64,000 nucleotides of DNA from Kudoa neothunni (lineage: Eukaryota; Animalia; Cnidaria). The translations under genes and the position numbers were made by a program. The stretch is from contig OZ199839.1 in assembly GCA_964304625.1 (NCBI GenBank), positions 9,190,528 to 9,254,527 on the forward strand, in the 5' to 3' direction. Positions 13,101 to 26,320 of the stretch are shown here, piece after piece. Within the stretch, counting starts at the first letter, position 1; each line of letters opens with the position of its first letter. The notes beneath the pieces were generated by a model, which worked only from the letters and a program-made list of their open reading frames with translations, was not told the DNA's origin and made no database searches.

Positions 13101-16100
13101 TCCGTAATGCTGGGAACTCTGGGATAGGCTTAACATCAGCAGTAACGTTCATTTTTCGTCTTATGGAAGTTTTGAATATGTTTTAAGGTAGTCGCTATTA
13201 TTCATGATTCATACAGCATTATTACAGCAAACAAAATGGAAATTAATGATATACTCGGTGAATTGTAATGTTTTGGATTACTGCAAATAAAATTATTATT
13301 TACTAGTTTTATGTTGAAAAAACAACATAAAAGTTGTCTAAATTAGTGTATTGTATAAACTTCTGATTTTTTAATAACGAAACAACAAAAGCGTAAGAAG
13401 CAATCAAGATTCTGCTTCCAATAACCAATAAAACGTCGCGTGTTAAACGGCGCATGCAACACCTCCTAGTTTCGGTCACGCCTGTAGAATTGATAGGGCA
13501 GCCTGGGAGCAGTGTCGGATTGTGCTATTAATTTCAAAAAATTACCAAAGTTTTATTATTTTATACAAAACAAACAGATAAATCAATATAATATTATTAA
13601 ATTGAAGAAAAATTATTTATTAGAAAATTATTTTTGCCGTTTTGTAACCACAAGGATATGCGCACTGCATACCCCACATAGTCTGACGTCACATGCCTGC
13701 CATAAGGGGATTTTAACTATTGAATTTTATAGCTGTAGTATTTTTCCTACATTACTGTTATTATATATTATAAAAAATAACTATTAAAATGATATTATGA
13801 TTATGGACCATCACAAATTTAAAAAAGGAGGTATTGTATAAATATTTACAGTCGTGACTTGATATTGCGTAGTAAGCTGGGACCGCCAACTCACTACACA
13901 ATATAAAATTAGTAGGAAATACCGATTAAACCATTTATTGGCACATTTTAAACGTAAATTCATTTATATAATGAAAATAAAATTTTTCCACTTTTTATTT
14001 CATCTCTAGAGAATTAGAACCAATTTTATCAGCATTTCTCTTTCTTTTAGTATAGCTGATTTTCGATCCATAATTGGATAAAAATCACATAGACCTTATG
14101 GGTATTCTCTTTAAAAGCGTGTTTAAGTGTTCTTAAGACATCCTTATTTTTAGGTGTAGACACTTCGACACTTATCATCAGAGTTACTGGCACATGCCCG
14201 CGATTATATTTAACCATTAATAAAGTCCCCCTTCATTCACGTTTTTGTTTGTTAGAAATGCCGTATCTGGAAAGTATTAAGTATATCTATTGTAATCTAC
14301 CGAGTGTTGAATGTTCTTTATTTTAAAATATAATTATTCTTTTACTATGACCAAATTTTGAAGCGTTTCATTTTTGAGCCTTTCATTGACTTAATTGGAT
14401 TATAATATCGGGTAATTTTAAGTTTCTCTTCAATATCCCTCTGTATTCTTGAATTGGTAAAATTTACTGCGCAATGTCGAATCAAAACTGATACTCCGTG
14501 ACCTTAGAACTGCTACATAACGTAATACTGAGAAACTTCATATTAATTTTTTTATTCATAAATAGTTTTACCTATATTTACTAGATAATAATGTAATAAT
14601 TACTTAGCAGTATCTAAATTGATTAGTAATTAGAAAATTCAAGAGATAGTGGACTATTACGCACTATCCAGCAAAGCAATATCAAGACACAACTGTAATC
14701 AACTTTATTCTGGATGATAATTATTTTTCGTCTAATTTATAAATTAATATTACTTAAAGAATAAATGTAATTATACATTTAAAATTTATAATTACATTTA
14801 ACCCTCTTATGGATTTGGGGTAGAAAACTACCTCAATGAGACTTTTTTATTGAATAATTCATTAATTATAATATCAGACGTTCTAGTATTACCTGTATTC
14901 CCTAAAAATAATTTTATTTACAAATTAAAATAAAATAAATGTTTTTAGCTATGATATTGGCTTAACTATACATTTTCCACCTTTCGATGAACTTTGGGGT
15001 ATAAAGATACCTCACGGGTTTCTTTGCGAGAATTAAAGATAATATAGTTTTTAGCTTAAATGATAAGTTTTCAGAATTTTCTGTAGTCTAGATTCTACGA
15101 TATAACGTTCGCAAACAGTAAATAAATCACGTGATCACGCATACAGACTAGTTTTTAGTGATGATATTCTCACGAAGAAGTTTTTGAAATCGTGAAAAAA
15201 TTATTATTCAACTATCTAATGGAGATTAACATTCTAACCAAAAAGCTTAAACCACCTTCAATCCCTATTCCAAGAAAATTGGTTTAAACCAACGTTGTGT
15301 GCGCAATATGCAATAAATGTTTGTGGAACTTGTTTACATTAACTGTGGTTTATTTATGGAACAAAATATAGCCTAAGCAGTTATGTGGATTAATATTTGA
15401 ATTTTAAAAACTTTAATTAGAACAACACACAGTCAATCGAAGTCGGACTTAAAGCGTAATGCGACGGTTGTTGGCGAAAGTGGCATTCGTAGGATTATCG
15501 AGATTATTAACTTATTTATTTGCGTTGTAACGCATTATTCTTTTGTTATATCCATTAAAATTTGCAATGTTTTTTCTCGAAATTTTTTTTATAATAAGTG
15601 ATCAAAAAATGTGGGGTATTTATTCTACCACAGAGTCCATCGGAATGCATTTGATTTTCGGTATATTAGGGGATTAGATAATAGAAGTTGTCGAAGTATT
15701 CATAAAATCCTTTTTCCATCAGTTAATCCGTGTATGTTCCCAAAGTACGCAAGTGTGTTACAATTTAGTCCTAGTAGCTAGACATTTATGGGACTTTATT
15801 AGTTTAGGATATTAAAAAATAAATTTTTACATTGATGAAACTTCGAATGTTTTCAAATTATTTAATAAAGGGGGAGTTTTTAAATTTTAAAATCCTTAAA
15901 CGGGATACACCAATTCAAAATAGGATTAAATTTCGCTTATTCGGAGGGATGGTAGATCAAAGTTAGTATTCCCTTTGCATAGTAAAAAAATCTGTTCATT
16001 TAACTACATCATTAATTTTGAAACGCTGTTTTTTGTTAAGAAATTTGCTGAAATATACGTATTAATTATTATTTTAATTCTGGGGAAATTAATCCGAAAA

Positions 16101-19100
16101 ATAAAATCAATTTTCGTTATTTTTTATCGAGTTATATAGATATTACGATTTCTTGTGATTTAAGTGAATTAATTTTAATTAAACTTGTCAAAATATTTTA
16201 GACTGAAATTAAAATTTTTTTAGCTCAACCCTTCGTTCGATGTATTAAAACTTTTATGAAGTGATTTTTCAATGCAGAATAAAACAGATCTAAGGCATCG
16301 CTGGGATTTTCGCATTAATTTTATATGTAATATTAATTATAATTTGTTTAATCGAAGACTTTTATAAATTTATGTTTCATATTTTCACTCATATTATGTT
16401 TTTATTACGAATTTCGTTGATGCCTGTAAAAGATTTTTTTAAATAGCCAATAATCCTTAGTTAAATATTCAAATATGGCGTAAGAAATTATTTTTTAATT
16501 AATCGAATTTTTAAACCCTATTATATATAAAAAGAGTAATTTCATTTTGAAAAAATTAATTTAAATTTTAGAATTAAAAAAAATAACCCAACAAGAAGTC
16601 TATTAATGTTGACGATTAATTTTAGGAGTTTAACAAAAATTTATTGCGAAAGGATTGGATTGCGATGTAATGTATTTATTTTTTTACCAGGACCGAAGGA
16701 ATAACTGACGACACTTTTACTCAAAATCTTATGGACAAAAGGTACCTTGAGGAGTGGAAAAGTTGCGTAGCTGCTAGTTCATCTGCACCAGTGGTGGAAG
16801 ACGGTCTTTCCACGGAGTTGGCCAACATAGAAACCGATTTTGAGAAGAGATCCAAACCAAAATACTCATCATTTTTGAAGAATCCTGTGGATGATGATAT
16901 GGGAGAAAATGTGTATTCTGGTGGTGAGTCGGAGAGTGAAATACGGTTTCGTCCACGACCACTTTTTAAAGACATGGACAGAAACAACAAAAAGAGTTTT
17001 TCGATAACAATCGATGAAATGGATGATATGATTGATCAAACATTTAGTCGTTCGAAAACTTTCAGTCATGTGACAGCCCCTTTGAATCCACATAAAAGTT
17101 CATCGAAAAAATCCAGCCCGGAAATTTCCTCTAAAGTGAGCGTTAGTAACGACAGTCATATCTCGGCACAAGTAGCAGAAAAAGATGAAGATGATATAAT
17201 CGATAGTATATTGACAGCAGGAGTGATAGATTGTTATGGAGGTGGCGGTGGTGGTGCTAGTGGTTTGTCAGCGAAGAAATCCTCATTACGAGCTGTAAGT
17301 GATGCGAATTTTACCACATTGACTAAAAAAATAAAAACCATATCCTCATCATCTAAGAGGTCAAACAAGAAATATAATTTATCATTGAAAAAACAAGGCA
17401 AATTAGACAGTTTGAAGTCATCTGTGTCAATTGATAATTCGTTGAACGTGCATCAGTTCAATGTATCTTCTATTTCACAGGAGAAACTCTCCAAGTTACC
17501 ACACCTATATGGATCGATTAGTATTCTAAATGACGGCTTCGATAAATTCACCATTATGATCAACATTGAACGTATGAGTCAATTAGCGCCGTTACTACCT
17601 CGATTCACCACTGTGAATTCTTACATTGTCTGTAAGATTAAAAGTGGGAAACATTTTATGAAAAAGAAGACCAAAGCTGTAGAAAATGAACCTAATCCCG
17701 ACGTTAAAATTATACTCAAATTTAGTGGAATCACCAATATTGATTCCTCATACGCGCTCTTAGTCGTCAAAGAGAAGCTGAACAAAAAAAATCGCCTACT
17801 AAAGAAAGTTCCACGCACTTATGGGACAGTTAGGTTGGGAAACACCAATTTTTGTGGTGAACATGAAAAATCGATATGGGAAAAGGTGATATTCAATGCT
17901 AAAATCAAAAAGAACAACTATATTCCTTTCGTACTTCCTATAATCAACTTTGGCGATATGGATGTGAGTATGGGTGATGTGAATATCGAAAGCACGATCA
18001 GTTTGAAAGACACTTCATTATCATCTCTAAGTTTGAATTCATCAAAAATTGTAAGGCCTTTCACCTCTGTTATTGTGGCATTAGCTACATTACCATTTTA
18101 CATTATTTTGCGTGCGTGTTACGTTGCTATTTTTATAGAATATTTCCAAAATTGGAGATGATGATATGGTAAATCATGAGAATCTCAAAATAAGGGGCTT
18201 TCTGAGATTCGAAATGTTCTACAATATGGAAACATCTGAATTTAAGGTTGATATCAAAAACCTGTTGATTGAATGGGCGGATTTGATGGATGATGACAAG
18301 TTGTTTATAAGATGCAAGTTGATTCCTCAAGACTACGCCTCCCAACTCACCTGCTTCAAGACGTACAACTCTAACGTCAACAAAATCGATTGGAATGAAT
18401 CTATTGTGTACCATGTCAAATATGCTTTACTTGGTAACTACATGTTTTGTATGAGGATACTTCACGAGGTCGAACCCAACTCGTATGAATTGTGTGGAAG
18501 TGTGCAATTTCTTCTGAATGATGTGATCGATTTTTATCCAGGATTTCTCACTGCTCCTATCAGTTGTCATATGCGAATTCATCAAAATGTAACCAACTCT
18601 TTCAATTCAACCATACTCTAAACATATCGATAATATAACTATGATTCTTTATTAAATTTCTTTTAGCACTTTGCTACGGTTCACCCATCCAAATCTTCGT
18701 TTGAAATGGAGTTGGTTTACAACCCCACATCTAAAGGAGACATCCGAAATTCCAGTGGTCTATTAAAACTTAAAATCACATCTATAAACTTAGACATGAT
18801 TTCCAAACGTTTATTGAACCAAAACGACCAAAGAAAATTTTTTATTAAAATGTAATTTTTTTCAATTGCTATTTTTCACCATAAAATTAATTATATAGGA
18901 GCATGCTTCCATTTGCCGCTCAAAATCAAACAATTGACTCTCCAGAATATGCGGTTGACGGCGAATTTACTCCTTTTGAATATTGTTGGGAGAAGGTTTC
19001 TTTTGATTCGTTGCTTCACCTCAACTCAATCGAGATCATGGTCTATTTTGTGAATATATCCGAGAATGAGTTATACACTTTTATGGGTGGTGCGAGGGTT

Positions 19101-22100
19101 GGTTCTGTACAATATTCCTATTCGAATGATCAAGGATGGCAGGATTCACTTGGCGACGAACAACTTGTATGGAATGAAATGATCTCAAAACCAGATATTG
19201 TGGCGCGAAGAACTATTCCACTTCGTACCAATATGATTTCGAATTATATCGAGTAATATTTTCTTCATCAGTCGAATATGAGTGTGATTATTGAATTTAC
19301 ATTAGTCAGATGAGTCTTGTTGAAACTGCCCCTTCATTTATTATTAACAATAATGTCACCTTCTTTGAACATGTAAACGTGATTCTTTATTGAGATTCTC
19401 ATAAAGGTTTAGAAAGCCTACGCTGAAATTGACATTACCCTCCATGGAGATAAGTCGTTATCGCTTTTTATTGGGAATGTTCTAAATTTACCTCCTAATG
19501 CGGAGTGTGCGTGTGAAATCAGTGTGATTCCAAAGAGAGAAAAGTTCACCCTAGTCCCTTCGCATACCACATTCTACAACTGGAATCAATCAGTCGAAAT
19601 TGAAAAGGTGAACGAATTTGAACAGATCACTATTGTGATTGTTTTCGGAGAGATCGTTAACGATAGCAGCAAACCACTTTCTCATCGAAGTGGTAAAGTT
19701 CACTGCAAACTCAACAAAGATAAACTCTTTGGTAAGATTTATATTGGATTGTTGAAAAATGCAAAATACGACAACTTTTTCTACTACGAACAAACTCAAT
19801 GTTTCGTTCAAAGATGCTTGAATAACAAGGGTAAACGAGTTTGTGCGTTTTTCCCTCTGTTGGATAAGTAAATTAATGGTAGGTCGTGTCTTATTATATT
19901 TAATTTTTTTAGTGATTATATCAATAAAATGTTGAGTTATAATAAAGATTTTATCAAAATCAACCTCTCGAAGCGTAAACCTGAAATTATGGCTCTACGT
20001 GATAACTCTTCGGCGTTTGGAACGTCTTCCAACGAGCATAAGAGTAAACGATCATCAATTATAGATAAAGTTACCAGCAAAATTAAAAGAAAATCTGTGC
20101 GTTTGAGTCAAGGATCATTGAATAGTTTAACTCTTAGCGACTCTCGGAACCATCCACAACTTCGACAGAAATTAACCTCTAGTAACTCCTCCATATCTTC
20201 TAAGCGTTTGTCTCTTCAACCCAACACACTTCCTGATGATATTTTATCGGTTGGCAGTAGCTGTATTGTAAAGTCAACTCCAAAACAACGTCCAAAATCC
20301 ACCTATGATTACGATTTTAATAATCATGCCAATAATGAATTAGACTTAAGAAATTTCGATAATCACTTGGAAAATCAAAGTGAGGTTTCTGTAGTTATTG
20401 ATTTGGTAGAAAGTTCTCCAAAGAACGAACTAATTGAGGATGAATCAATAAATTCTGAGGCTCATCAAGCTTCTACTCAATTGTCTAAAATGCAATCCAC
20501 ATCCACTGTATAGATTTTTTTATTTTGAGGATATAATTTTAATCGCTTTTTAGAATATTTGTAGTGATCAACAACCGTGTGAGCGTAGTGCCATTGATAA
20601 CACAGTCGCCTGTGAATACACAGTTAATGAACAAACGTCTCATTCGGCTTCTAACGAGGAAGTTTTAAAGTCACATCTGACAGAAAAAACCTCAGCGTCA
20701 ACCACTAGCTCTTCGCTTGCTAATACTGCTACTAATGTGGCAACCGAAAATAAGCTTCAACAATTAGGGCCGATATGTGACAATAATGATGTTGAAAAGG
20801 GGGTTGAACAATCAAAAGAGGCTATCGGTGAGAAAACTGCTTCAGTTGAACTGTCTAAGTTGGGAAGCTCCGAAATTCAATCTTCACTAGAGATGCCATG
20901 TGAAAGAAAAGTTGCTGGAAAGATAGAGGAAACTGAACCTATTGACGAAAAATGTCCATCTGATATAAAGGTCGAGAAACTATCAGCAAGAGTACAAGAT
21001 GAAAAAATAGTAGAACCAACCTGTCTTATTGAAGGTCGAATTGAAAAGGTTTTAAATGATGAAGCTAAATCAGCAGGTAAACAGGAGGAGTCAACCAATC
21101 CTTTTGAACGAGATACAAATCACGTAGAAACTGATCATGTGGAAATATTAATTGATGAGGAAGGTGGGAAAACCACAGAAAAAATCACCAATCCTTTTGA
21201 AGTTTTAGTTAATGTGAATGAAAAACTGGAAAAGGAGGAAGAATCATCATACATAACTATGAGTGATGTTAAATCTGGGGAATTGGTCCAAAAATTCGAC
21301 TCAACAGACGATAATATGCTTGTTGAATCGACTGTTGAGAGTTCGTCGCATTTGCAAAAGAATTTAGACCAACCCTCGCCTAAAGAGCAAGATAAGCAAT
21401 CTGATTCGTCCATGAAAAGCACAGAAAATGTGATCGCAAAAAGGAGTAGAATTTTAAAAAATTTCAAGAGGGCTTTCTCTCTCAAACGAAGCCTAACCAA
21501 TGTATCCGTTAATAAAAATTCCCATTCAAGTAATTTCGTTGTTATGTTTATTTGAATTGAGCATTTGCAGGTTTGTCTGGATATTCTTCGCCTGAATCTG
21601 CCAATCAGATTACAGTCCCAAATGTCGCCGATACACTTTCCAATCTGCGTAATTGCTACATTTTTTTAATATTTGATTTTCAGTGTAGAAGAGAAAACTT
21701 CGGCTACTATATCCAATGAAAGTATGATTGTATTAATGTTGGTGTAGTTTTTTTCTATTATATTTTAGATCCATCTGAGAATGAATTAGTAATCTACGTG
21801 TATATTTGATGATTCGTTTAATGCATATTATAAAGAATATGTTAAAATCAACTGAAACTCACGAAGAAGTTCTACAAGTTGTTTTCACCTACACAGGAGG
21901 ACATTTGAATTTCGAGTTACGGAGTGTAAATAATTTAGGTGAACCCCTTTTAAAAAAATTGTATATTCAAGTTATAAACTTCGCGTTGATAAGAAATTAT
22001 CTAGATCTCTTGAAGTTAAATTGATGGATAGAGATGGAAAACAAATTCATACTGATAAATACAAAAGTTTGAGCCTCAAGGATGGTTTTTGCGAGATAAA

Positions 22101-23939
22101 TCAAATGTTTTCAGTATTTTACTAAATTATTAAGTGAACTAAAATTTTATTTATCTAGCACAAGACAAATATTGCAAAAATCAATGAAGGTTGTGTAGTA
22201 TTTGAGATTTACGACAAGACTGGCAAGAAAATCTTGATCCGAACAGCTGAACTCAATCTAAACAAAATATCACCCAATGTTTCTATTTCTAAAAGTCTTA
22301 CTCTTAAACCGGCTCAAGTTTTTAAGTCGAAAAAATCGTAGTTTAAAATAATTATTAATGTAATTATTTATAGCAATAATCTAATTTTAGTATTCTTAAA
22401 AAACATAAATCAAAATTGCTCTCAAAAAGTCATAAAAAGAAAGGGTCTCAATCGATCCCTGACGAGACCAGTTCTACATTGGATTCAAGCCACAAATTAG
22501 ATGTAATTTTAAAGTGGAATGGTTGTATTTATTTATTATGCGATGATATTCTAAAATAGGATACCACGTCGGCTGTGAGTGATGATTATTCTAGAAAATC
22601 TACCGGTACTTTTGATACCGTGTCTGCCATGTCTTCCACAAGTGGAACGAATATAAAAACACATGAAACCTCCGTGTCGTTGACTTTTTCCTATAATGTT
22701 GAAAGCTCTTCTTTAATGTTGTCTTTGAATGGATTCTACGTAGGCGATACTTTAAAAAGTTCATCACATAATAAACTAATGTATAATATTAATTGGAAAT
22801 TAAATTTAAAACTAAGTTTTTTCTCTGTAGATCCTTTAATTTTTCTGTTTATTTGGGAAAAATTAAACAACATTCATGGGATAGTGAGGATTATGATTGT
22901 TGTATTCCCCCCAATAAAATCGATTTTCAACATTCAGTATTCTTACTCTCAAATATTTGATTTAAACTTATTAATTTTGTTAGGTTAAAATATTACTGAA
23001 TAACCTCAAGAAAAGAGAATTTCGTATTGTGGCCTATTCCGCTAATAATAGCAAAAACAAAGTGGTCGCAGGCTCGTGCGATATTAAATTTGAAAATATG
23101 ACCTCTTTATTTGAACGACCTACATATCGATACATTAACACTTTTTATCTCTCTTCGCCACATGTAACAATCACATTCAGATATGTTTTTGTTGATATTT
23201 GATTTTAGGAACCGATCTCCAGACGTAACACTCCGGTTACAGGCGCGGTTAACGATGAAAATTCCGGTACGGCCAACACCTTGATAACTCAAAGCACTAT
23301 TGATAGCGGAGATTCTACAAATCAAAAATCTATATTGGGCTATTTAGTTATTAACCTCAATCTCCAAATAAAAGATTCCGATATCAATGAGGATAGTGCA
23401 GCTGATCTCACCAGCAAAGACAAAGTATCCAAAAAGAAAAAAAGCTTGAGGCTGAAATCCAAAAAATCTTCCACTCTTAAGTCACTAAACAACGAACGCC
23501 CATTTTCCCTATGTGTTACGTTGGACAAGTTTGTGAATTCTACATTATCATCTGGAAACAAATACAAATTTGAAATGTATCAATATATAATTTTTTGTAA
23601 TAGCGATTTTTGATTGTTCCTCTTTTAAGTAAATTCAAATTGGAAAAAACTCTTGATAAAGAAACCACCCCCTCCTTTTCTGTAAACGCAGACGAATCTA
23701 ACAACGGTATTCCTTTAGGATACAATGTCAAGTTTGGAACTAGCTACAACAATTTTTTGGAAAAATCGTTAGAAATAATATTTTTTGATGAGTCAAAAAT
23801 ATCGAAAAAAATCCTGTCCACTGAACTTCTAGGTGCACACACCACCAACGACGCAATTAGTTCATTCTGGGAGACCGTCCATTCTAACTGTGACACCAAT
23901 CACACCATCACATTGCCGTTGTCATCGAAACGGAAATAA
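10197..23939 (+). CDS. Very large synaptotagmin-like protein (Slp/rabphilin-type Rab effector): RabBD with zinc finger plus about seven C2-like domains
   Basis: RabBD helix LSLEERKK..QVLELDYELRANE..KLKLEL, with a 1-nt frame break at the A7 run 10224-10230. Zn finger CYRC..CDFC..CDMC..CIYC and TGAWFY (SGEWF-like). C2-like blocks at about 17500-17945, 18190-18580, 18690-19230 (FMGGARVG..WQDSLGDEQLVWNEMISKPD..TIPLR, like Slp C2B), 19412-19865, 21860-22320, 22670-23150 and 23330-23939. Exons from 16572 to 23939 join in frame through GT-AG introns. The junction across about 12100-16571 was not resolved. Confidence 0.75.
14100..14520 (-). pseudogene. Possible Merlin/ISXO2-type transposase relic in the large Slp intron
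   Basis: The minus strand near 14180-14215 reads VKYNRGHVP, resembling the Merlin KRKY(N/H)RG motif. The rest is full of stops. Confidence 0.3.
14802..15672 (+). mobile_element. Internally deleted non-autonomous piggyBac derivative in the Slp intron
   Basis: TTAA(14798-14801) followed by CCCTCTTATGGATTTGGGGTAGAAAACTACCTC, resembling the 37278 end of the large piggyBac. Further GGGGT..ACC palindromes at about 14996 and 15613. The right end is a degenerate TTAGGGGA-TTAG. Confidence 0.65.
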
Positions 23940-25299
23940 TCCGTTTTAATACAACTTCAATACTGTCTCATATGAATTTATTGGCATATACTGTCATCTT
24001 CATCGAATGATATTGTTCACAACGACGCGACGTAATTGTTATTAAACTTTTTCACTTAACCCCTTTCACTTGTTGTTTTTTATTCCCAATCTCGAATTTC
24101 TTGCAATTGTTTTCATATAATTCAAATAACTGCTAAAAAATACAGTAAATAATAATAACTAGGTAACCAATTTTACATACTTTTATCTAATGTTAATTTT
24201 TAGTGAAACATCTAAAATTGTGAAAGATTTCATGTAATGTAAGAAGTAAATATATATTATATATTGTTCACGTCTAAAGATATATGTTCAAAGCATAAAT
24301 CATTTATTGTTTTCTCTTATTAATAAACGAAATAATAGCAGAATTCAGTTTAAATAGATCCAGATACCAATTTTTATATGATTAATGATTTATTTAAGAA
24401 TTAGTAATAATCAAAAAGGACAGTTTCGCATTTATAATCTGCCGAAAGAATAAAGAATACTCATATACAATTTTTTATTCTAATATGTAAAAAATTAGAA
24501 GATATATTTTAAAATTCACCATACTTATCAAAATTACGATTACCATACACCATACTTCAAGTGGATTTTCATCCAAGATACGGTGGGTAATATATTTTCC
24601 GCACTAACCGATTTTATGTACTTATATGTTTTCTTCTCTTATATATAATTATCAGCATCGAGACTACTTGCACAAATTAAGAAATTATATGTTATGTAAT
24701 TAAAATTAAAAGTTACAAGAAAAATGGAATTTTTATCGAAAGTTTTTTATAAAGAATGGGGATTATCGATTTTACGTACTTTTTCGGCCTAATCTTAATT
24801 TTCAAAATCCTTCGCTTCGACTTTTATGTACATTATATCACAGTAAATCATTTAGACACAAGGAGAAGTTTATTAATTTTCCATTATTTAAAAATTTGCC
24901 AATGGAAGCCGATAACTTTTTCTTTTCGCGATTTTGATATCGTACCTATTTCAACTTTGAAAGCTCCTAAAACAAGAGTGTAGAATTAATTTTCTCATGT
25001 AAAATGAATTTGGATTCATTAAGAAGAAACATTCTTGATGAGACATCAAATAATTTGTATGCCATAGTTTATAATTGATTCAAGGTATTAGAGTCAAGAA
25101 ATCCGATTTATTATAGACGATAAAATCTGTAAATCAATTAGTAAAGGATTTCAATTAAAAAATTATTACTTTTAGGATTCATTACGGTTACAGGTCGCTC
25201 TTCAATTTAAAAATGTCAATTAAAATTTAAAAAAGCTATGTGACGCTGAAATAACAGACGTTATAAATTTTAGTCATATATATTTTTGTATTTCTAATT

Positions 25300-26320
25300 G
25301 TTAATTCCTTTTTTGTGCAAGGAGGCCGAGAAATAAGATTTTGAATGCTCTACATAATTCGCACAGTTCGCATCTGTTATTTCTTCTGTGCTTTTTCTAA
25401 TACATTCGAGCAGCTCTTGATGTGTTTTAGGTCTCATCTGTTTCACAATGGATTTGAGTTATCTAAATACCTCCTCCATTAAATTAAGGAATAGCGAATA
25501 AGATGGTAACCGCAACAATTTATGGAGGCTGTTTGCAATCATTGCCTTTACTCTTTCAGTTTTGTGGAATGCCACGTCATCCATTATTAAAATGGCTTTT
25601 TTTATTGAATTTTCTTCCAAATTTCCGAAAACATCCTTTAAAAATGAAGAAAAAACAAATCGGTTAACACCGCCAGTGTGAATTTTAAACCCCCAAATTT
25701 TTTTACTGCTCATGGCTGCTATTAACGTAATATTTTTGGATCTAATAGATTCAATTTGTAAGTTTGCTGTAGTTCCCCTGAGTGATTTGCCTAGAGAATG
25801 TCGAGTTGGCAGAGAAAACCTAGAATCGTCAATAAATAGAATTTCAGAATATTCTGGTTCCAGACGGATGTATTTGTTTACATCACTAAGAAAATCATAA
25901 GCCAATTATAAAAATTAATTTTATACTTGTATCTTAATGAAATAATTCTAAGGGAATTCTTGTCCACTGGTACTAGTGAAATTCATTCATAATCGTGATG
26001 ATGGTTTGTAGAGAAACCCGAATGGAATATTTCTCGAAGACCTTTTCGGATAATTATTTAAGGGATAGCGTACAATTGTCCTCCACCTCATTAATAATAA
26101 ATTGTTTTGGATCAGCGTTTAATAATGAACAATGATCTCCACCTGTTGCCAATCTTTCTTCTAATCCCATTTCATTTATCTCATTTATCTTTTTGAGAAT
26201 TCTACATATCGTAGATTCGTGTATGTCCAAGGACTTAGATATTTGATAGTTGCTCTTCCTATTATGAGTGGCTTTAGAAATTATATTAAAATATGAATAC
26301 CTGGAGTTGTTGAAAAGTCT
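25300..26320 (-). pseudogene. Degenerate Tc1/IS630-like DD34E transposase
   Basis: FIDDSRF..ITLIAAMS..IMDDVAFHK..LPSYSLFLNLMEEVF, with 34 residues between the second D and E. An HTH-like remnant (QISKSLDIHESTICRILKK) lies upstream at about 26190-26250. Stops and frameshifts present; TIRs not found. Confidence 0.8.

Noticed and set aside
13436-13470. Possible third Helitron 3' end (GC-rich stretch then CTAGT)
   Set aside because: The hairpin is weak and no matching 5' end was found.
14763-14799. 13-bp-arm inverted repeat AAATGTAATTATA..TATAATTACATTT
   Set aside because: Almost pure A/T and adjacent to a TE insertion site; no evidence of function.
21647-21683. Apparent GC donor in the Slp-like gene
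   Set aside because: A GT donor at 21649 with the downstream TGTAG acceptor keeps the frame (LQEKTS).
16721-23731. Minus-strand ORFs over the Slp-like gene (e.g. 16721-16990, 21135-21500, 23340-23567)
   Set aside because: Antisense shadows of real exons with no recognisable motifs.
19929-23939. Separate gene starting at ATG 19929
   Set aside because: The upstream stop overlaps a GTAAAT donor and an in-frame acceptor at 19912 connects the parts, so it is treated as one gene pending cDNA.
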